64,000 bases of DNA from Planktotalea sp. (GTDB taxonomy: Bacteria > Pseudomonadota > Alphaproteobacteria > Rhodobacterales > Rhodobacteraceae), in the NCBI RefSeq assembly GCF_018607995.1, contig NZ_JABBAL010000037.1, forward strand, positions 19,353 to 83,352, read 5' to 3'. The first letter of the stretch is position 1; each line of letters begins with the position of its first letter. The notes beneath the pieces are model-generated. The model was not told the origin of the DNA and searched no databases. It was given only the letters and a program-made list of their open reading frames with translations. The position numbers and the translations under genes are program-made. This document shows positions 57,352 through 64,000 of the stretch, piece after piece.

Positions 57352-59889
57352 GTGCAGAATAATCCGCATACGACGCTGATCACCGCAACAGCGCCCGTGT
57401 CACCCGACACGCACGGCGGGCGCACGAAGTGTTTGCAGCGTTTGGTGCGTTTGGATCTGCCTGTGCCGCGCACGGTGGGTTTGTCGTTTGAGGCGGTCCA
57501 CAATATCGCGCGCGGCGACATGCCGGATATGCAGCTGCTTTTGTCACCTTTTGAAGTGGGCGAACTGCTTTGTGTGCGACCGTCGTCAGAAGATCCCGAT
57601 TGGGGTGGTCCAAGCGCCATTTTGAACATCGGTATGAACGAAGCGCGCTTTGATGATTTCGCGAAACGTTTGGGGAAAGATGTGGCCGCGTCGCTTTATG
57701 CACGATTTGTTCATTCTTACTCAATACAGGTGGCGCGTCTTGATCCAGATGTATTTGACGAGATTGGCGCAGAGGGCGAAGCGTCGTTGAGCGCGGCGTT
57801 GCGCGCCTATGAAGAGGAAACCGATGAACCTTTCCCGCAGGATCCTGCGGTGCAATTGGCGGAAGTTCTACGCTCTATGGCGCGCGCGTGGGACGGCACA
57901 TCTGCGCGCTTGTTGCGTCAGGCGAAGGGTGCGCCTGCGGATGCGGGGCTTGGGCTTGTAGTGCAATCCATGGCGCTTGGGTTTGGTAAGGGCGAATGTG
58001 GGTCGGGTGTCTTACAACTGATTGATCCCGAGACTGGCTTGGAGCAGTTGACGGGACGCTACTTAAGCCAGAGCCAAGGGCGTGATGCGCTAGAGAGCGG
58101 TACAAAAGCGCTGTTTTTAGAGCGAGACGCGCGTGGGCCTTCCTTGGAAGAGCTTGCGCCAGAGGCCTTTGCGAGTTTGGTCGAGTATGCGCGTTTGATG
58201 CGCCAGAAGTTGCGTGAAGAAATGCAGGTCGAATTCGTGATCGAAGACGGGCGGGTGTATCTATTAGACGGCGTTCGGGTTTCTCGGACCAGCCGCGCCG
58301 CTGTCAGAAGTGCGGTGCGTTTGGCCCAAGACGGTATTATCTCGCGGCAAGAATCCTTGATGCGCGTGCCGCCATCCGCGCTGAATGAATTGTTGCACCG
58401 CCAAGTGGATCGCAGTGTTGCCTGTGATGTCATGGGGCGCGGCGTTGCGGCAAGTCCTGGCGCGGCCACAGGGCGGATCGTATTTTCCGCAGCGGATGCG
58501 CAGGCTTGTGCGGCGCGGGGCGAGGCTTGTGTCTTGGTGCGGCGCGAAACATCGCCCGAAGATATTCGCGGCATGCACGCGGCCAATGCGATTTTGACGG
58601 AGCGTGGCGGCATGACCTCGCATGCGGCCGTTATCGGGCGTGGTATCGGGTTGCCTTGCGTCGTAGGCGCGACCGAGTTGAGATTCCAATTAAGAAAGAA
58701 ATTGCTGACCTCTCCCGATGGTCGTGTGTTCAAAGAGGGCGATATCATCACGATCGATGGCACACACGGCGAGGTTTTGGCTGGTCCCGTCTCCATGCTG
58801 GAAGCAACGTTGGATGATGCGTTTCAAACCTTGCTCACATGGTCAGATGCGGAGCGTGATATCGGTATTCGCGCGAATGCAGACACGCCTGCCGACGCGC
58901 AAACCGCGAAAATGTTCCAAGCGCAGGGCATCGGCCTGTGCCGCACCGAGCATATGTTTTTTGAAGATGATCGCCTTACGGTCATGCGCGAAATGATTTT
59001 TGCAGAGAACAGCGAAGATCGACGCGCCGCATTGGAGCGCTTGTTGCCGGTCCAACGCGCCGATTTCACTGAACTATTCCGCACTATGGCGGGCATGCCC
59101 GTGTGCATTCGCCTGCTTGATCCACCTTTGCACGAATTTCTGCCCTCCGATCATGCCGGCCATCGCGCTTTGGCCGAAGCGCTTGATATTCCGCTCGCAG
59201 ATGTCACGCGGCGGGTCGAAGCGATGGGGGAATACAACCCTATGCTGGGCCTGCGCGGCGTGCGTCTAGGCATTACGGTGCCCGAAATTTACGACATGCA
59301 AGTGCGTGCGATCTTTGAGGCGGCGATTGATGTCTCTAAGGAGGGCGTGGCGATTGTCCCCGAAATTATGATCCCCTTGGTGTCGGCCAAACGTGAAGTC
59401 GAACTCGTGAAGATGCGCGTTGATATTGTTGCGGCGGCCGTGAAGGCAGAAACAGGGGCGGAGTTCGAATACCAGTTGGGAGTCATGGTCGAAACCCCGC
59501 GTGCAGCTTTGCGTGCGGAAGATATTGCTGAAAACGTCTCGTTCTTGAGCTTTGGCACCAACGATTTGACCCAAATGACATACGGTTTGTCACGTGATGA
59601 TGCGGGCAGGTTTATGACCGAGTACGTACGCCAAGGCGTGTTTGAGGAAGATCCGTTCCACACATTGGATGTGGATGGCGTCGGCGAATTGCTTATTCTA
59701 GGGGCCAAACGTGGACGCGCGGCGCGCCCCGGTTTGACATTATCCATGTGCGGCGAGCACGGGGGCAATACCGAATCGATTGCCTTCTGTCGGGCTGCCG
59801 GATTTGACTATGTGTCTTGCTCACCGTTTAGGGTGCCTGTTGCAAGATTAGCAGCAGCGCAACTGGCGATTTTGGACCACTTACAGTAG
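57352..59889 (+). CDS. ppdK: pyruvate,phosphate dikinase-like PEP-utilising enzyme
   Basis: The phosphohistidine motif GGMTSHAAVIGRG and the PEP/pyruvate domain motifs (FLSFGTNDLTQM, CGEHGG) are present. The N-terminal nucleotide-binding region is divergent. The start is GTG. Confidence 0.8.
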   Translation: MQNNPHTTLITATAPVSPDTHGGRTKCLQRLVRLDLPVPRTVGLSFEAVHNIARGDMPDMQLLLSPFEVGELLCVRPSSEDPDWGGPSAILNIGMNEARFDDFAKRLGKDVAASLYARFVHSYSIQVARLDPDVFDEIGAEGEASLSAALRAYEEETDEPFPQDPAVQLAEVLRSMARAWDGTSARLLRQAKGAPADAGLGLVVQSMALGFGKGECGSGVLQLIDPETGLEQLTGRYLSQSQGRDALESGTKALFLERDARGPSLEELAPEAFASLVEYARLMRQKLREEMQVEFVIEDGRVYLLDGVRVSRTSRAAVRSAVRLAQDGIISRQESLMRVPPSALNELLHRQVDRSVACDVMGRGVAASPGAATGRIVFSAADAQACAARGEACVLVRRETSPEDIRGMHAANAILTERGGMTSHAAVIGRGIGLPCVVGATELRFQLRKKLLTSPDGRVFKEGDIITIDGTHGEVLAGPVSMLEATLDDAFQTLLTWSDAERDIGIRANADTPADAQTAKMFQAQGIGLCRTEHMFFEDDRLTVMREMIFAENSEDRRAALERLLPVQRADFTELFRTMAGMPVCIRLLDPPLHEFLPSDHAGHRALAEALDIPLADVTRRVEAMGEYNPMLGLRGVRLGITVPEIYDMQVRAIFEAAIDVSKEGVAIVPEIMIPLVSAKREVELVKMRVDIVAAAVKAETGAEFEYQLGVMVETPRAALRAEDIAENVSFLSFGTNDLTQMTYGLSRDDAGRFMTEYVRQGVFEEDPFHTLDVDGVGELLILGAKRGRAARPGLTLSMCGEHGGNTESIAFCRAAGFDYVSCSPFRVPVARLAAAQLAILDHLQ

Positions 59890-60038
59890 TGTGCTAAAGC
59901 TTTCCCACAAGATGTTGAAAAAATCGCGATTCTTTTTTCCGGTGTTCTGAGCGACGCTACGTCGTGATTTGGCCTGGGGTAGATTTTTTACCTTTTGGTG
60001 ATATCTAGCAAGGGATTGAAATAACACCTGTGAGCCTG

Positions 60039-60671
60039 ATGCGTACGACCTCGATCGCTTGTCTTTTGACCCTTTTCGCACTGCCTGCCTCAGCAGAAGC
60101 GGTGTCGGGTGAATTGTCTTCAATGATCAAACGCGATGAAACAGCGCTCGCGCGTTTGACGCAATCGCGCGTTGATGCCTTATTTCGACGTGTGAGCACG
60201 GGCAGCATCGGCTCTGTCGAATATACACGCAGCTTTCTGGACGCCTTGCCCGCCGCTAAAGGGGGCAAACACCTGACGTGCCTGTCCGAAGCACTATATT
60301 TTGAGGCGCGTGGTGAGTCGGTAAAGGGGCAATTTGCGGTTGCCGAAGTCATAATGAACCGCGTTGATGATCGTCGTTATCCAGGCACGGTATGCGGCGT
60401 GATCAACCAAGGCACGGGCCGTAAGTTTGCGTGCCAATTTACTTATACCTGCGATGGTCGCGCAGAGAACATCACGGAAAAAGCCACTTACGCGCGTTTG
60501 CGTAAAATTGCGAAACTCATGCTGTCTGATATGCCCAAGTCGCTGACCAAAGGCGCCACGCACTATCACACCAAAGCGGTGCGCCCGAAGTGGAGCCGCG
60601 TTTTCCCACGGACCGCAACGATAGGGGTTCATCATTTCTATCGTGAACCATCGCGCGTGAGCCGCAACTAG
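60039..60671 (+). CDS. cell wall hydrolase (SleB family)
   Basis: A signal peptide (MRTTSIACLLTLFALPASA) is followed by CLSEALYFEARGES..GQFAVAEVIMNRV, typical of the Hydrolase_2 family. Confidence 0.8.
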   Translation: MRTTSIACLLTLFALPASAEAVSGELSSMIKRDETALARLTQSRVDALFRRVSTGSIGSVEYTRSFLDALPAAKGGKHLTCLSEALYFEARGESVKGQFAVAEVIMNRVDDRRYPGTVCGVINQGTGRKFACQFTYTCDGRAENITEKATYARLRKIAKLMLSDMPKSLTKGATHYHTKAVRPKWSRVFPRTATIGVHHFYREPSRVSRN

Positions 60672-60755
60672 CACTTTAATTTGAGAAAAACGTTTAAGCG
60701 CATGAGAGTGCGGCTAGGTCGGAACTCTTGTGGTCAATGAAACGGGGCGTCTCAA

Positions 60756-61685
60756 ATGAACGATGAGATTAAACAGGCTTTTGCACATCCAAGCGCGCGC
60801 TCACTCGCCAGCCAAACGGATCCTATGTTTGATCGCATCTCACTGCGAGATCACATCGTTTCTGTCGAAATCGGCGCTTTTCAGGCAGAACGCAATATAA
60901 CGCAGCGGCTTAGCTTTAATGTTGTGGTTGAAGTGCGCCATGTAACCCAAGACCTTGGCGACGACGTGGACCTTATACTGTCTTATGACAGTGTCACAGA
61001 AGCGATTAACATCGAACTCGCAGCAGAGCGTTTGAATTTACTCGAAACGCTGGCCGAACGGATTGCGGATCGCATCTTAAAGGAGCCCCAAGCACAACGC
61101 GTGTTCCTGCGCATTGAAAAGCTGGATCGTGGAGGTGGCGCGCTTGGTGTTGAGATTGTCCGCGAGTTGTCAGGTGTGGCGCAATCTACGATCCTAGGCC
61201 ATGCGCCTGATCCTGCACGGATTGTCTATCTGAGCGCGGTTGCTTTGGAAAGTGCGCATTTGGATCATTGGGTGGATCAATTAAGCGCGATGGACGCCCC
61301 TTTGATTTTTACGGTGGCTGGGGATGACAAGATTGCGGATGTAGGGTCCGAAACGGGACAAGCTCATGTTGATTTGTTAGCGATTGAGCAGAAAGCGTGG
61401 ACCTTCGCGGCGCGAGAACCACGCTGCGCCGTTGTTGAAACCCGAACAGAGCTGGATTGGGCGATGAAAAACGACCAAATCTGCGTTTGGGCTCCACGAA
61501 AGTTCGTGATGGATGCGGTGGAAAGCCCGATTTCACTGATCAACAGCCCAATAGCTTTGGCGGATTGGTTGGCCACTCAGATTGGTGCGCTGGAAGTGTT
61601 GGTGATTGGCGAAGACCTGCCGAACGGTATCAAAACCGCTTGTCGGAGCATCCCTATTGAGCGCATAGATATCAGCGCGGCCTAA
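60756..61685 (+). CDS. folB: dihydroneopterin aldolase domain protein with a ~170 aa C-terminal extension of unknown function
   Basis: Residues ~25-140 read as FolB (DRISLRDHIVSVEIGAFQAERNITQRLSFNVVVEV ... LLETLAERIADRIL). The remaining residues match no family I recognise. The gene lies directly upstream of folP. Confidence 0.7.
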   Translation: MNDEIKQAFAHPSARSLASQTDPMFDRISLRDHIVSVEIGAFQAERNITQRLSFNVVVEVRHVTQDLGDDVDLILSYDSVTEAINIELAAERLNLLETLAERIADRILKEPQAQRVFLRIEKLDRGGGALGVEIVRELSGVAQSTILGHAPDPARIVYLSAVALESAHLDHWVDQLSAMDAPLIFTVAGDDKIADVGSETGQAHVDLLAIEQKAWTFAAREPRCAVVETRTELDWAMKNDQICVWAPRKFVMDAVESPISLINSPIALADWLATQIGALEVLVIGEDLPNGIKTACRSIPIERIDISAA

Positions 61686-61715
61686 AGCTGTCCAATTCAG
61701 AATACGGATCCTAAT

Positions 61716-62729
61716 ATGATCGACTATTTTAGGCCACTCGCCCAAATGGGGGACGCGCGTCCAAGTGATGCGCTAACTTTGGCTGGCACCCGCAGTTGGT
61801 TTACACATGTTGAGCGTTTGAGCCGCACCGACGCGGCCCAAATTATTCCCGTTTCAGAGACCTCCCAGGAGTGGCGTGATCTTGTGGGCAACCTAAGACA
61901 CTCAATTGCGGGCCTCGATTTCGCCAATCCCGTGATCATGGGCATCCTGAACGTGACGCCGGATAGTTTTTCGGATGGTGGCGCGCATAATGCGCCGGCG
62001 AAAGCGGTGCGCGTGGCACTCAAGATGCAAAACGAAGGCGCGCATTTGATCGATATAGGCGGTGAAAGTACACGGCCCGGTGCTTTGGAAGTACCTTATG
62101 AGGCAGAAATTGCACGCACGGTTCCCGTTATTGAAGCGATCCGCAAAACGCTTGGTATGCCGATGTCGATTGATACGCGCAAAGCCCGTGTTGCCGATGC
62201 AGCGCTGGCTGCAGGTGTAAATATCGTGAACGATGTCTCGGGCTTCAAGTTTGATCCTGGCCTTGGACCCTTGTGCGCCAAGCACGCCGCACCTGTGTGT
62301 TTGATGCATGCGCAAGGCCTGCCGGAAACCATGCAAGATGCACCGCACTATGATGATGTGCTTTTGGATGTGTTTGATGTTTTGGCGGAGCAAATCGAAG
62401 TTGCGATGGGTTTTGGTTTATCGCGCAATCAGATCATTGTGGATCCGGGCCTTGGGTTTGGGAAAACCCAAAGTCACAACCTTGCGCTTATTCGTGGATT
62501 ATCGCTGTTTCATGGCTTAGGCTGTGCAGTGATGCTTGGCGCGTCGCGCAAAGGATTTATTCGCGACATCGGACAAGCGCCTAAAGCAGAAGATCGCGCG
62601 CCTGGCTCGATTGCAGTTGGTTTGGCTGCGGTCCAACAAGGTGTTCACATTTTGAGAGTGCACGATGTTTCGCAAACTCGACAAGCACTGGCCTTATTTC
62701 AGGCCGCGACGACAGGACTAGATTCATGA
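61716..62729 (+). CDS. folP: dihydropteroate synthase
   Basis: The motifs [14 protein letters not shown] and [10 protein letters not shown] are present. The protein is 337 aa, with the N-terminal extension common in alphaproteobacteria. Confidence 0.9.
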   Translation: MIDYFRPLAQMGDARPSDALTLAGTRSWFTHVERLSRTDAAQIIPVSETSQEWRDLVGNLRHSIAGLDFANPVIMGILNVTPDSFSDGGAHNAPAKAVRVALKMQNEGAHLIDIGGESTRPGALEVPYEAEIARTVPVIEAIRKTLGMPMSIDTRKARVADAALAAGVNIVNDVSGFKFDPGLGPLCAKHAAPVCLMHAQGLPETMQDAPHYDDVLLDVFDVLAEQIEVAMGFGLSRNQIIVDPGLGFGKTQSHNLALIRGLSLFHGLGCAVMLGASRKGFIRDIGQAPKAEDRAPGSIAVGLAAVQQGVHILRVHDVSQTRQALALFQAATTGLDS

Positions 62730-64000
62730 GCAGAAAACTATTTGGCACAGACGGCGTACGCGGCAAAGCCAATACCTATCCCATGACCGCAGAAATGGCA
62801 CTGCGTATTGGCGCAGCGGCGGGCATTTACTTTCGCCGCAACCATTCTAGTGTGCACCGTGTCGTTATCGGCAAAGACACCCGCCGCTCTGGTTATATGC
62901 TCGAAAGTGCGCTGACGGCGGGCCTGACCTCGACGGGGATGAGCGTGTTTTTGATGGGCCCAATCCCGACCCCAGCGGTTGGCATGTTGACGCCCTCAAT
63001 GCGTGCGGATTTGGGAATCATGATTTCGGCCAGCCACAATCCGCATGAAGACAACGGTATCAAGTTTTTTGGCCCAGATGGTTTTAAACTTTCGGACGAG
63101 GCAGAGATGGAGATTGAAGAGCTCGTCGCCTCTGGCGTAGACTTGGTTGAGCCAATGAAAATTGGCCGTACGCGTCATATTTATGATGGCCGCTCTCGCT
63201 ATAATGAGCGCGTCAAAGCGGCTTTCCCGAGCAATCTTTCGCTGGGTGGTATGAAAGTTGTCATCGATTGCGCGAATGGTGCAGCCTACCGCGCAGCGCC
63301 CGAAGTGCTGTGGGAACTTGGCGCAGAGGTGATCCCGGTTGGCGTGTCACCAAACGGTTATAATATCAACGACAATTGTGGCTCGACCAAGCCGATGACC
63401 GCCTCTGAGACCGTGATCGCGCATGGTGCCCATGTTGGGATATGTCTGGATGGTGATGCTGATCGTTGCATCATTCTGGACGAGACCGGAAAAGTCGCGG
63501 ACGGCGATCAATTTATGGGACTTATTGCAGGTCGCTGGGCTGAAGAAGGCCGTCTTAAGGGCAATACTTTGGTAGCGACTGTGATGTCCAATCTCGGACT
63601 AGAACGGCATCTTGAAAACAATGGTTTAACCCTCGCACGTACAGGCGTGGGCGATCGTTATGTCGTTGAAGAGATGCGAAAAAAGGGTTTTAATCTAGGC
63701 GGCGAACAGTCGGGTCACATCGTGATGACGGATTACGCCACGACAGGTGACGGGCTTATGGCGGGCTTGCAGTTCTTGGGTGATTTGGCCCGCACGGGGC
63801 GCAAAGCGTCCGAGCTTATTTCTGTTTTTGAACCGGTGCCCCAGATGCTTCAAAATGTGCGATATGCAGTGGGTCAGACCCCCTTGGAGGACAGCAAAGT
63901 GCAGTCTGTCATTGCGGGGGCTGAAAAAGATCTTAGCGGTAAGGGGCGCTTGCTTATTCGTAAATCAGGAACTGAGCCGCTGATCCGTGTGATGGCGGAA
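62726..64000 (+). CDS. glmM: phosphoglucosamine mutase (3' end outside the window)
   Basis: The ATG overlaps the folP stop (ATGA). The sequence begins [21 protein letters not shown] and has the active site [12 protein letters not shown]. The frame stays open to base 64000, and the gene is absent from the ORF track because no stop is reached. Confidence 0.9.
   Translation, partial: MSRKLFGTDGVRGKANTYPMTAEMALRIGAAAGIYFRRNHSSVHRVVIGKDTRRSGYMLESALTAGLTSTGMSVFLMGPIPTPAVGMLTPSMRADLGIMISASHNPHEDNGIKFFGPDGFKLSDEAEMEIEELVASGVDLVEPMKIGRTRHIYDGRSRYNERVKAAFPSNLSLGGMKVVIDCANGAAYRAAPEVLWELGAEVIPVGVSPNGYNINDNCGSTKPMTASETVIAHGAHVGICLDGDADRCIILDETGKVADGDQFMGLIAGRWAEEGRLKGNTLVATVMSNLGLERHLENNGLTLARTGVGDRYVVEEMRKKGFNLGGEQSGHIVMTDYATTGDGLMAGLQFLGDLARTGRKASELISVFEPVPQMLQNVRYAVGQTPLEDSKVQSVIAGAEKDLSGKGRLLIRKSGTEPLIRVMAE

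Overview
The window looks like a core chromosomal segment of an alphaproteobacterium. I judge it Rhodobacterales-like from gene content and synteny only, since no search was possible. GC is moderate by eye and genes sit on both strands. It is dominated by intact housekeeping genes: ribB-ribH-nusB, rluD-like, rpoH, pyrG, secG, purA, sdaA, rpiA, gor, hflKC-degP, purD, xseA, ftsY, metZ, folE2, trkH, glyQ/glyS, a ppdK-like gene, folB-folP-glmM and one tRNA-His. There is also a complete polyhydroxyalkanoate locus (phaZ / phaC-phaP-phaR) and a four-gene operon of glutamine-synthetase-like, amidotransferase and FAD-oxidoreductase genes. I found no CRISPR array, transposase, integrase, prophage or recognisable defence or toxin system, and no convincing novel multi-gene system. 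The points worth a second look are these. (1) A cluster of disrupted small accessory genes (in-frame stops, homopolymer frameshifts, one ABC-transporter deletion fusion), while every long housekeeping ORF is intact. (2) A GCTGC-N3-GCAGC palindrome family concentrated in the pha locus, matching the reported PhaR operator pattern. (3) A perfect alphaproteobacterial LexA box in front of an mmcB-like nuclease gene. (4) A SPOR/PG-binding protein whose trypsin-like domain has lost all three catalytic residues. (5) Several candidate regulatory RNAs or sites that need covariance-model or experimental checks. All family assignments rest on my reading of the translated ORFs and should be confirmed by search.
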